From Tepidanaerobacteraceae bacterium (GTDB lineage: Bacteria > Bacillota > Thermosediminibacteria > Thermosediminibacterales > Tepidanaerobacteraceae): a stretch of DNA of 64,000 nt. Shown here in pieces: positions 10,277 to 19,863 of the stretch (position 1 is the stretch's first letter; every line of letters begins with the position of its first letter). Made by a program: the position numbers and the translations under genes. The notes under the pieces are model-generated. The model worked only from the letters and a program-made list of their open reading frames with translations. It was not told where the DNA came from and ran no database searches. Where the stretch lies: assembly GCA_029982615.1 (NCBI GenBank), contig JARRBK010000004.1:3822-67821 (forward strand). Direction: 5' to 3'.

Positions 10277-10449
10277 TTTGTTTAAAAGTTTATGACAATT
10301 ATCTTCATGAAATATTATACCATAATTCAAAATCAAAGTTACTTTAAGCGTAGAAAAATAATTTTTTGGCTGACTGCATGTGCCAGGCCGTCACAACCAC
10401 TGAAAGCGATTTTTTGCACCTGAATCAACCTTTATCAGCTCGTATCAAT

Positions 10450-10562
10450 TGTGGATAACTGTGGATAACTTATCCCCAATGGGGAAAACTCGGTTAAATA
10501 AAGGACGTACCTAAAGGACAAGCCACAGACTTATCAACACCTGTGGATAACTTTGTGGATAA
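10450..10562. promoter_or_regulatory. DnaA-box cluster (4 perfect and 2 one-mismatch boxes)
   Basis: Perfect TGTGGATAA at 10450-58, 10460-68, 10542-50 and 10554-62 (the reverse complement of TTATCCACA). TTATCCCCA at 10470-78 and TTATCAACA at 10531-39 lie in the opposite orientation. Confidence 0.7.
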
Positions 10563-10702
10563 ATATTATGGACAAATAAAGTGTTCGTACCCGCTCAAAA
10601 TCGGTGTAAAAATTAGAGGATTTTGGGTTTTCGTGTCGAATTATTAATTTAACACCAGATATGGAAATTACAGGATATAATATTCAGCAGGGGGTTGCTG
10701 CC

Positions 10703-13663
10703 ATGAGGCTAAAAAAAACACCGGCACTCATAATTGTTTTGGCGATGGCGTTTTCTTTGTCCTTCTTGAAAATAGATTTTGCAAGAGCTGACAGCGGCAT
10801 CGTCGTTTCCACATATCCCGCCCAGAATCAACAGGGTGTGGAAATAGAACCTGTCATTAAATTCAACTTCAGTTCCCCTGTTGAAATACTGGATAAAAGC
10901 AAAATCAGCATAAACTTTGGAGAAGAAACCTATCCCCTCGACTATGATAAAGATATCTACCTCTCCAACGACGGCAAGACTCTGAATATCGAAATAAACG
11001 ATGAGCCATACCCTTTAAGGCGAAACACGCCTTACACCGTTGTCCTGGAAGCGGGATGCGTCATCGACATCAATGGAATTACCAATGAAAAAACCGAATT
11101 GAATTTTGTTACCACTGGAGACGGGCAGCGGCCTGCTGTGTCCGGATATTCCTCGAGCCCTTCCGGCGGCGACGACATAACTTCGCTTTCCGGCACGCGG
11201 CTTTCAGACGGAGGAACCATTTATATACGTTTTGATAGGAATATAAAGTGGGACAAGGATAAAGACGATATGAGCCTGCAGGATGCGGTAAAGCTATACA
11301 AGATCCCCAAAGCCCTGGAAACGGCCCTGGATCCATCGGGGAATCCTTATGACAGCGTGGTGGAATACGTTTACGGGCAGGGCGTTCCGGGCACGGATCC
11401 CGATGAATCCCAGAGGGTGCCGGTGGGCAGCATAAGCATAGTGAACAACAATACTCTGGCGGTAAAGCCCGAATCCTCGCTGCTCAGCCTGAACCGATAT
11501 AAACTCATAGTGGACAGGGATATTGTAGAAGACGCGTACGGCTATAATCCGGAAAAGGATATACAGTTTTATTTCTGGACCGCTTCGTCCGGCACTTTGT
11601 CGGCAAGCTGGGCGGGGGTGAGTTCTTCCAGGACGTACGGCGCTCCGGCCTACGACAGTTCGAATCCCATTGTTCTTTATGCCGACGGCGAGGTGATCGT
11701 AAAAGCGGGGGACGACTCAGCGCTGGACAGGATAGTCCTTTCGGAAGGATACAACAGCAGTGCCGGTGTGGGCATAGAGAAAATCCGGCTGGGATATTAT
11801 TTTGAAAACGGCGCAAAAAAGACGAAAATCATGATTTACCCGAAGGAGCAGCTTGGATGGGGGAAATTCTACAAATTGAGCATAAGCGGCGATGTTTTTG
11901 AGACTAGGTCGAGCCGTTTCCTTCCAGCCATCAACATGGAATTTGTGGTGAGGGACAAATCCGGAGAATCCCGAGGCATTTACGGCGTATCCCCCTCTTC
12001 ATTGAGCGTGCTGGATGTCAAGGGCGGCAGTGCTGCATTTACCGTGACCGGATACAATTTCAACGAAAGCGTTGAGAAAGTGGAACTTCTGCCTGTGGCG
12101 GGGAATGCGGCCGGCGGCGGAGCTGTTACTATTGAAAAAACCGACATTGATTTTGTGAATGTAACCGAGCTTCTGGTAAAACTTCGAAGCGACGCTGTCG
12201 TAAAAAAACTTGGCGCAGACAGCGGCAGCGGGACGTACAGGATAAAAATCTATTTTTCCGACCAGGCGGAACCGGTAGAAAACAGCAGCGTCTCTCTTAC
12301 GATTACCCCCAGGGGCAAGCCTGAAGTGAAAGAAAAATATCCTTCGGAAGACGGATGGGTAAACGAGAAAAATTTGAACCCTAAGGTAATCGACGGCACC
12401 ACAAGATATTTTTTGAAAATTACTTTTGACGATTCCGACGGCAGCCTGGCCTTTGACGAATCCGGGGGCCTGGACCTTATTAAATCTTCCGGCGTGCATG
12501 CCGGGGGCGAAAACGCCACATCCATGATAGACACCGAATTCCTGGGATATATCCAGAATATACAGGATACAAGCCAGAAAAAGTTATATATAGATAAATA
12601 TATATTTGTAAAAGACAGCGGGCAAAAAGAAGCTTACCTTTTCATACCCGTAAAACAGTTAAGGACCCAGACGACTTACACGGTTACTATAAATGCGGGT
12701 GTCGTGTATTATACCGACAGCTCCGGCAACCTTCTTTCGGGAAACGATATCATCGAATGGAGTTTCACGACCACGGCAAATCCGGTGGTGACCGGCGTTG
12801 TAACCGGCAGCGTGCCGGAAAACTACGATGAAGATGTGCCCATAATTTTGCAGGGAGATTTTTTTGACGCCGATAATGTGGAGGTGTATTTCAATGACAT
12901 CCGGGCCGACAGGGTAAAAGCCGACACTGACGAGAGCGGAAATCCGGTGCTGAGGGTATACCTGCCTTCCGGCAGTCGACGGCTGGACCCAGGCATTTAC
13001 ACAATCCGGGTGGTAAATGATGACGACCATGAATATGAAATATACGGCGCTTTGAGCGTCGTAAAAGAGGGAGATTTTATTCCCACCAGCGAATATGTTC
13101 TAAAGTCTGACGGCAAAATGGGTGAAGTGCGGGGGGATATAAACTCTAGCGAGGACACGCTGGTGCTGGACAGCGATTACATCGATAAAAGCAGGGTTAC
13201 TATTGATCTGGATAGCCTCATGGGCGAAAATGTGCTGGTGAGGAAGATAAGTTTTAGAGGCAATACTAAAAAGGAGATAGGTATGCTGGAGACCTATTCG
13301 AAATGGGCGGATGTGACGCTGTATGGCCTTGCGCTGGATTCATCGGCTGAAAGCCGAAACATAGAAATAATCCTGGGCCGCGCGGAGCCGGTACAGGCGG
13401 CGAAATTAAAATCCAGCCTGACCGCGGGCAAAATAAAGTCCGATTTTATCCGCGTGGCGGGCGAAAACTTCAAGGTCAGCGGTATAAAAGTGGTGATTCC
13501 ATTCACATCAAGTAGCGGCGACTGCCTGAAAGCCCTGAGGTACGACGAGGAGCTTCGAGCGTGGAAAGAGGAATATTCCGTCGTGGATAAAGCCGATAAG
13601 ACAGTTACCGTAACAAGCACAAACCCCGGCATTTTTGTGGTGGTGGAGCAAGGAGGGGAATGA
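10703..13663 (+). CDS. Large secreted surface protein (~986 aa) with SbsA/bacterial Ig-like and IPT/TIG-like modules
   Basis: Signal peptide MRLKKTPALIIVLAMAFSLSFLKIDFARA follows AGGGGG. Beta-rich modules repeat (P..NQQGVEIEPVIKFNFSSPV...), and there is an IPT-like module (VPIILQGDFFDADNVEVYFND). Confidence 0.75.
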   Translation: MRLKKTPALIIVLAMAFSLSFLKIDFARADSGIVVSTYPAQNQQGVEIEPVIKFNFSSPVEILDKSKISINFGEETYPLDYDKDIYLSNDGKTLNIEINDEPYPLRRNTPYTVVLEAGCVIDINGITNEKTELNFVTTGDGQRPAVSGYSSSPSGGDDITSLSGTRLSDGGTIYIRFDRNIKWDKDKDDMSLQDAVKLYKIPKALETALDPSGNPYDSVVEYVYGQGVPGTDPDESQRVPVGSISIVNNNTLAVKPESSLLSLNRYKLIVDRDIVEDAYGYNPEKDIQFYFWTASSGTLSASWAGVSSSRTYGAPAYDSSNPIVLYADGEVIVKAGDDSALDRIVLSEGYNSSAGVGIEKIRLGYYFENGAKKTKIMIYPKEQLGWGKFYKLSISGDVFETRSSRFLPAINMEFVVRDKSGESRGIYGVSPSSLSVLDVKGGSAAFTVTGYNFNESVEKVELLPVAGNAAGGGAVTIEKTDIDFVNVTELLVKLRSDAVVKKLGADSGSGTYRIKIYFSDQAEPVENSSVSLTITPRGKPEVKEKYPSEDGWVNEKNLNPKVIDGTTRYFLKITFDDSDGSLAFDESGGLDLIKSSGVHAGGENATSMIDTEFLGYIQNIQDTSQKKLYIDKYIFVKDSGQKEAYLFIPVKQLRTQTTYTVTINAGVVYYTDSSGNLLSGNDIIEWSFTTTANPVVTGVVTGSVPENYDEDVPIILQGDFFDADNVEVYFNDIRADRVKADTDESGNPVLRVYLPSGSRRLDPGIYTIRVVNDDDHEYEIYGALSVVKEGDFIPTSEYVLKSDGKMGEVRGDINSSEDTLVLDSDYIDKSRVTIDLDSLMGENVLVRKISFRGNTKKEIGMLETYSKWADVTLYGLALDSSAESRNIEIILGRAEPVQAAKLKSSLTAGKIKSDFIRVAGENFKVSGIKVVIPFTSSSGDCLKALRYDEELRAWKEEYSVVDKADKTVTVTSTNPGIFVVVEQGGE

Positions 13664-13664
13664 T

Positions 13665-16600
13665 TTGACAGGGAAAGACAGGGCGTACATGCGATTATTA
13701 AAATGTAACAGAATAAAATGTGCATCTTTTAGGTTTGTTTCTCTTGCCCTCGTTATTGCAATTCTGTTTTCTCTGCTGGCGTGGGGAGCAAAACCGGCAG
13801 CAGCTTTCGACGCCGACAATTTTTATGTGACCAATGTGACCATCGGAAAGACTTTTGATTCCAGCCAGCTGCAGACATCCATGTACATAACAGTGGAGGG
13901 CAGAAACATAAAGGACGCAAATGTTCAGGTATTTGTCTCGGGGCAGCCCAGGCTGCTGACAAACCCCAAAATAAACACCGATGATACGCTGTATTTTGAA
14001 TTCACCAATCCAACCGATTGGGAGGCGCTCAAAGGCATAACCAAGATAACGGTGGGAGGCGCGTCGATAGACATTGGAGAAAAAGGGAGCATGCCGGCCA
14101 TAAGCAGCGTAAGCCCGGTGACGGTGGCAAAGGGCGGAGGCAGCATCACCATATACGGCTCTGACTTTAACCTGATAAATTCTGCACCCGACGAATTCAC
14201 AGTATCGTACGGCCGGGGCATTGCCTTCACTAAAATAGACAACAGCCTCTTTACATCCGACAGCAGTGTAACGCTGGATAACCCCACCGGCGAGCTGGGC
14301 CTTCAGGACATAGTCATAGAGCGCAAGTGGCTGACGGATGATATAACCTTCAACAGTACATACACGAAAAAGGTGAACGTGAACCTGTACTATCGCTACT
14401 CTGACCAGTTCAGGCTTATTTCGCCTCTCAACATATCGAGTGATTTGGAGATGTTCCCCAACAGGGGGCCTGTGGGCAGCACGATATATTTTAAAGCAGA
14501 CACTTTAAGCCTTTATGATGTGTTTTTCCTGAAGAAAGTGGACGGCACTGATCCTTATACCACTTCGAATAAAGGCGTAAACCCCACATATAAGATAGAT
14601 GCCGAAGGGGAAAAGGATATTCTTACCGTACAGGTCCCTAACCTGGAGAAGGGGGAATACTATGTTGTCCTCACCAATAAGGTTCCAGACGGTGCAGACC
14701 CCATGGATTATGTCACGGGCGAAAAGGTGCTTGACCAGAAGTTTACGGTGATAGACGGATACAGGAGCGCCAGAATTGATGCCATACAGCCCAACACTGG
14801 GCCCGACACCGGTTCTCCCGCCGTCATATCCGGCAGATATCTTGGGAGCCTGAATATAGACAACCTGATTATGGAATCGGGCGTCACCGTCACCGATTAC
14901 TGCTACAACGAACAGCAGGACCATCCCGTGCTGGTGAGGACATGGCAAAAAAACGGAGAGAAGGTGGCCTCCTACGGTGGGAAGGATATAACCGAGGTTA
15001 CAAAAAAAATTACCGTGATAATAGGCAATATGGCTACTTTCAAGGACGATTCCAGCTTTTCCGCGGAGCTGGACAAGCTCAGCATTATGGTTTCCCCGAT
15101 AACCATCGATAATGGGGATTATGTAAGGGATGTAGTGGTGGAGACGGAAACCACGTTAAAATATGATACCGGCCAGTTCGTGTTTACCGAGAGGGCGGAA
15201 CTGTCAAAGGCGTATACGTTTATTCCGAGCACCGTAAAACCCGAAGTGCAGAGCGTAACACCGGATGAAATATTTGTTAAAAAGGATGCCAGCGGCAAAT
15301 ACGTTGTCGGTCAGGACCTTCTGATTGCCGTAACCGGCAAGAATTTTTTGATACACAGGTACAATGACGAGTCGGAAGGTTTCGTCACCCGTTACCCCAT
15401 AATTCAGTTCAGCAACGCCGCAAACAAGGTGGTGCTGGATAAAAATACCAATCCAGATCTTCGCGTTTATGTGGAAGACAGCAGCGGGAACGTGCTGGAC
15501 GGCAGCACCGGCAATGAGATAGGGACCAGGATTGTGGCGGTGATCCCCGCCGGAACGGAGGTGCCCGAGGCCTTTGTGGGAACAGCCATACCCGTTATAA
15601 TAACCAACCCCATAAGAAATTCTTCTCAACCAGGGCTTTCTTCAGATGCCTCGGTGAGCGTAAAATTCCTGCTGCCCAGCGAAAACAAAATCCCGGTCAT
15701 AGAAAGCGTCAGCCCCGATGTGGTGACAGTAGACGGCGGTGAAACGGTGACCGTTAAAGGAAGCAATTTCCAGGATGGGGTCAAGGTATACATTGCCGGC
15801 AATGAGGTTGGCGGCATCACAAGGTCCGGAGACGGCAGAACCATTACTTTCAAGGCGCCCTCAGGAAAAGAAGGGCAGACCCAGCTGCAGATATTAAATC
15901 CCGGGGGCGGTATGGCCGTATGGGACTTTTACTATGTAAAAACTTATACCGACCCGAAGATTACGGATTTTGCGCCAAAAGCCGGCAATACGGGGACTTT
16001 AGTGCAGGTAAAGGGAGATAATTTCCTTTTGCCGGACCCCACGGCCACAGCGGATGAGATATACAAGCTTATAGGCACCAGAATTCTGCTGGAGGGGCAG
16101 GACATAAATCAGTACAATATCGACCCTTCGACAAAAAAAATTGTGCTTCAGGATTATCTGGCACCGCCTGGCGATGAAATCATCAGCATTGGGGAAAATT
16201 CCGACGGCAGCAAATTCGTTAAAGTGGCGGATTACTGGCACAGCGTGCTGCTCAAAGATACCAGCGCAAACAAATTTTATACTATAAGTTTTGACACCCA
16301 GGGCAACCCTGTGATATCGGACGGGGCGAGCAACACCTACAAAGTGAGCATATCAGGCGAAAGCTTAGTGGCGAGCCAGGTGGGCGGAAGCGATTACATA
16401 TTGACGGTGGAGCAAAGCAGCAGTGCCACGCAGATCGTCATCGGCTCTCTGCGCCTGGTGCTGCAGACGCCCTTTAAAGTAGAAAACGGCGTGATAGTGG
16501 GTGACATGGTAAAAGTGGTGGATAAAAACACCATAATATTCAGAGTGCCCATACTTACGCTGGGAGACGGCTGGTATGATCTGACGGTGTTAAATCCCGA

Positions 16601-19600
16601 CACCAAAAAAGACAGCCGCATAAACGAACAGGGGTTTTATTACTACACGCAGCCCCAGTCGAGGCCTTCGATAGACGAAATCGTCCCAGACTCCGGCTCT
16701 GTGGACGGCGGATATACAGTGGATATAGTGGGAAAGGAGTTCTATGATGACGGGACCAATAAATCCAGGGTCTTCATCGACGGTGTGGAGGTGGCAGCAA
16801 GCGATACTTCCGTGAGCGTCGACGGAAAGACAATTACTGTAAAAGTGCCTCCCTTTTCCGGCGAATTGTCCGGAACGGATCGCAAAACCGTGCCGGTGGT
16901 GGTGCTCAACCCCGACGGGTCCAGCGCCGGCAAAGAGGACGGGTTCACCTATGTGGTGCCCACCAGCCATCCCAAAATAACGAAAATTGTACCCCAGAAA
17001 GGAAGCGCCGCAGGGGGGGAAATAGTTGAAATTACAGGCCAGGACTTTAGATTCTTCGAGCCCTTCAGCGATGACGACAGAGACCAGGTAAAAGACGATG
17101 ATGAGGCGTATAGAGATAAAAATGCGAACAATCAATGGGACGACTTCAGGGGCAAAACCGTTGAGGAACTGAGGCAGCTTTATCCCGACGACAGCGATTA
17201 TGAAAAATATGTGGTTCCAGTGCTGCCCAAGGTATATTTCGGAAGCAAAACGGCAAAAGTGCTGGAGTTTTCAAACGGCTACCTGAAGGTTGCCACACCG
17301 CCCGGCACTTCGGGGGATGTGGAAGTTTATGTGGCAAACAACGACTCCGGGATTTCAAACAGCGTGAAGTTCACCTACCAGTCTTCAAACCCGTCCATAA
17401 CCAGCATAGTGCCTTCTGAAGGCAAAAAACAGGGCGGCGATCGGGTGGAAATCTTCGGCAGCGGTTTTGTAAAAAGTGATATAAGCGTTTACGGCAGCGG
17501 CACGCCTCCAGAGGTGCTGGTGCGTTTTGGAGACATAACCAACAGGGATATTCCCAGGGAACAGGAAAATTCCGGCCGCATCGACAACGGCAGGACCACC
17601 GTGACCCTCGACGGAGGGCTCAAGGTGCAGTATGCCAGCGGCCAGATTCTGCTGGAGATAAGCGAGAAGGGATTGACCTATACCAGCGGCGCCATAAATT
17701 ATGACGGGAGCGTGTTATTTTTCCCGGTAAGCCTGCTGACAGCCAATAACGGCACCGACGAAGTGCGCTATTCCGGCAGCGAGCTTATCCGACTTGAAAT
17801 ATCGGACAGGAGGCTCTATGTGGAAAGGGGCTATGCCCCCGAGGCTGAATTCATGGACAGCGGTCATCTGGTGGTTACAACCCCAATCTATTACACCATC
17901 GGCATCGTAAATGTATATGTCATAAACCCCGATGGAGGTACGGCAAAAGGTAAGTTCGAATACAAAAACCCTGCCAGCAATCCGGTCATAGTTAATCTTC
18001 TCAAAGAGGGCAACGGTCCCCAGGATGTGAATATCAACGGCCAGGACGTCAGGGTGATTTACCTTACCTACAAAGGCGGCAACACCGTAAGCGTCATAGG
18101 CAGCGACTTCAGGGAAAATGCGAAGATTCAGGTTTCGGACCTTGTGACGATTGCGCCGAAAGACATAACTTATATGCTCCCCTCAAAAATGACCTTTACC
18201 ATGCCCGCGGTGCCCGAAAGCGCGGTGGGAAAACTGCACCGGCTGGTGGTGGTCAATGAGGACGGGGGCACGGCATCCTCGGACGAAGCCAGCCCGAAGC
18301 CCATATATATAATATTCATAAAGGGAGAAACATCGCCTTCAATAGAAAAAATCACTCCAGACCACGGCCCGGCCGCTGGAGGGACCACGGTCAAGATAGA
18401 AGGCAAGGATTTCCGGGAAGGGCTTAAAGTTTATTTTGGCGGCATCACCGTTCAGGAGTCGAATGTAAAAGTTGTAGACTACAAGACGATTACCGTCGTC
18501 ACGCCGTCCCATGATGCGGGCAAGGTGGAAGTCAGAGTTGAAAATCCCGACGGTGAGCTTTCCAACTCCGTATATTTTACATACATCAGCGGCCCGAAAA
18601 TCACTGCAGTGGTAGACCCCGATGATTCCACAGAGACCAGCCGTATCACGAGCATCTCCATAGAGGGCGGGCAGGAAATAAAACTGAAGGGTTCCGGCTT
18701 TGTGTCCGGAGCAAGAGTGGTGTTTTATCCCGAAATCGAAGAAGTGGAAGACGAATCCTCAGCCGGAGGCACTGTAGTATATATTGACGGAACCCCATAC
18801 ATCCTGAAAGGCGGTGCGGACGGCAGCAATGTCAGGTTTATAGATTCAGAGACATTGACAGTCGTAACGCCTGCTGGAAAAGTCGGGGCAAAGGGGGTAA
18901 TGGTGATAAACCCTGACGGCGGGGCAACAGATATATATGAGAACCTTGTTTACGGCCTCCCCAAACTGGAGGCTCCGATGAATGTAAGGGCAGAGCTGGT
19001 GTATGACCGATACATCAGAATAAACTGGTCCAAAGTGGAAAATGCTGTCGAGTACGAGATATACGTGGTAATAGACGAAAGCGAGACGGACTTTGTGGGT
19101 TCCACCCAGCTTACAAGCTTTTTGTATACGGACCTTGCGCCCAGAACGAAATACAAGTTTATCGTAAAAGCCATCGGCCCGTTCGGGTCATCGCTGCCCT
19201 CGGAGGAGAGTAATACGGTCAAAACCGGCTCCTCCGTGGGGCCGGAGGATGAAGACGGCAGTCCTGTGGAAAACACCCGCATGCAAAAATCAGGCGACAC
19301 AGTAAATGTGACCGTAGGATACGGAGACTACAGGGAAAAGACTGTCATAGATATTACCGCCGGAGAACTGGCGGGCGCGAAGAAAGTGGTGGTGAGCATA
19401 CCCGCAAGAGTGGTGGTGAAAAAGGATTCGGGAGACATCACCATAATCGGGGCCGACTTTGCCGTAAAATTAAATCCCGGCGCGTTCAATACATCAAAAG
19501 TCGCTGAAAAGAGTGACAGGGATGACGCGGGCGTCAGATTCGAGATTTCTCCGTGCGCAGCAACCGGTGATATGGCTGGGAAGGTGGGGCTTTCGACTCA

Positions 19601-19859
19601 GTATGAACTAAAGGCCGAGTTTTTTGTGGGGAATGCAGAGACTTCTATGGAATATCTTGCTTCCAGAATCCAGCTGACCATAGACTATGATTCAGCTAGG
19701 GCTGCTTTAAGAAGGGTGGGTTCTATTGCTCTGAGCCGGTATGATGACTATAAAGGGACTTGGGAGCAGGTAGCGAAAAGCAGTGGAGACAAAGGTGCAT
19801 CGCTCACGGCTAATGTGGAGAGATTGGGATGCTACATGGTAATAGGGAACAGGAGGTAG
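13665..19859 (+). CDS. Giant secreted surface protein (~2060 aa) with many IPT/TIG repeats and one fibronectin type III domain
   Basis: The TTG at 13665 lies 1 nt after the upstream stop and follows AGGAGGGG (an alternative ATG is at 13689). A signal-anchor segment is present. At least 8 repeats have the form P.I..V.P..G...GG..V.I.G..F. One FN3 module is present (LEAPMNVRAELVYDRYIRINWSKVENAVEYEIYV). Confidence 0.8.
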   Translation: MTGKDRAYMRLLKCNRIKCASFRFVSLALVIAILFSLLAWGAKPAAAFDADNFYVTNVTIGKTFDSSQLQTSMYITVEGRNIKDANVQVFVSGQPRLLTNPKINTDDTLYFEFTNPTDWEALKGITKITVGGASIDIGEKGSMPAISSVSPVTVAKGGGSITIYGSDFNLINSAPDEFTVSYGRGIAFTKIDNSLFTSDSSVTLDNPTGELGLQDIVIERKWLTDDITFNSTYTKKVNVNLYYRYSDQFRLISPLNISSDLEMFPNRGPVGSTIYFKADTLSLYDVFFLKKVDGTDPYTTSNKGVNPTYKIDAEGEKDILTVQVPNLEKGEYYVVLTNKVPDGADPMDYVTGEKVLDQKFTVIDGYRSARIDAIQPNTGPDTGSPAVISGRYLGSLNIDNLIMESGVTVTDYCYNEQQDHPVLVRTWQKNGEKVASYGGKDITEVTKKITVIIGNMATFKDDSSFSAELDKLSIMVSPITIDNGDYVRDVVVETETTLKYDTGQFVFTERAELSKAYTFIPSTVKPEVQSVTPDEIFVKKDASGKYVVGQDLLIAVTGKNFLIHRYNDESEGFVTRYPIIQFSNAANKVVLDKNTNPDLRVYVEDSSGNVLDGSTGNEIGTRIVAVIPAGTEVPEAFVGTAIPVIITNPIRNSSQPGLSSDASVSVKFLLPSENKIPVIESVSPDVVTVDGGETVTVKGSNFQDGVKVYIAGNEVGGITRSGDGRTITFKAPSGKEGQTQLQILNPGGGMAVWDFYYVKTYTDPKITDFAPKAGNTGTLVQVKGDNFLLPDPTATADEIYKLIGTRILLEGQDINQYNIDPSTKKIVLQDYLAPPGDEIISIGENSDGSKFVKVADYWHSVLLKDTSANKFYTISFDTQGNPVISDGASNTYKVSISGESLVASQVGGSDYILTVEQSSSATQIVIGSLRLVLQTPFKVENGVIVGDMVKVVDKNTIIFRVPILTLGDGWYDLTVLNPDTKKDSRINEQGFYYYTQPQSRPSIDEIVPDSGSVDGGYTVDIVGKEFYDDGTNKSRVFIDGVEVAASDTSVSVDGKTITVKVPPFSGELSGTDRKTVPVVVLNPDGSSAGKEDGFTYVVPTSHPKITKIVPQKGSAAGGEIVEITGQDFRFFEPFSDDDRDQVKDDDEAYRDKNANNQWDDFRGKTVEELRQLYPDDSDYEKYVVPVLPKVYFGSKTAKVLEFSNGYLKVATPPGTSGDVEVYVANNDSGISNSVKFTYQSSNPSITSIVPSEGKKQGGDRVEIFGSGFVKSDISVYGSGTPPEVLVRFGDITNRDIPREQENSGRIDNGRTTVTLDGGLKVQYASGQILLEISEKGLTYTSGAINYDGSVLFFPVSLLTANNGTDEVRYSGSELIRLEISDRRLYVERGYAPEAEFMDSGHLVVTTPIYYTIGIVNVYVINPDGGTAKGKFEYKNPASNPVIVNLLKEGNGPQDVNINGQDVRVIYLTYKGGNTVSVIGSDFRENAKIQVSDLVTIAPKDITYMLPSKMTFTMPAVPESAVGKLHRLVVVNEDGGTASSDEASPKPIYIIFIKGETSPSIEKITPDHGPAAGGTTVKIEGKDFREGLKVYFGGITVQESNVKVVDYKTITVVTPSHDAGKVEVRVENPDGELSNSVYFTYISGPKITAVVDPDDSTETSRITSISIEGGQEIKLKGSGFVSGARVVFYPEIEEVEDESSAGGTVVYIDGTPYILKGGADGSNVRFIDSETLTVVTPAGKVGAKGVMVINPDGGATDIYENLVYGLPKLEAPMNVRAELVYDRYIRINWSKVENAVEYEIYVVIDESETDFVGSTQLTSFLYTDLAPRTKYKFIVKAIGPFGSSLPSEESNTVKTGSSVGPEDEDGSPVENTRMQKSGDTVNVTVGYGDYREKTVIDITAGELAGAKKVVVSIPARVVVKKDSGDITIIGADFAVKLNPGAFNTSKVAEKSDRDDAGVRFEISPCAATGDMAGKVGLSTQYELKAEFFVGNAETSMEYLASRIQLTIDYDSARAALRRVGSIALSRYDDYKGTWEQVAKSSGDKGASLTANVERLGCYMVIGNRR

Positions 19860-19863
19860 GATC

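Noticed and set aside
10450-10562. Interpretation of the DnaA-box cluster as the chromosomal origin (oriC)
   Set aside because: There is no dnaA, dnaN, rpmH, gidA or parB context, and no adjacent AT-rich unwinding element with repeated 13-mer-like motifs. It is kept as a non-origin DnaA-box cluster. The call can only be settled with the whole genome (GC skew).
13635-13664. ORF-track start (ATG 13635, MWWWSKEGND) of the giant IPT/TIG protein, overlapping the upstream gene
   Set aside because: The AGGAGGGG Shine-Dalgarno lies inside this extension. The TTG at 13665 (or the ATG at 13689) is correctly spaced and precedes the signal-anchor sequence.
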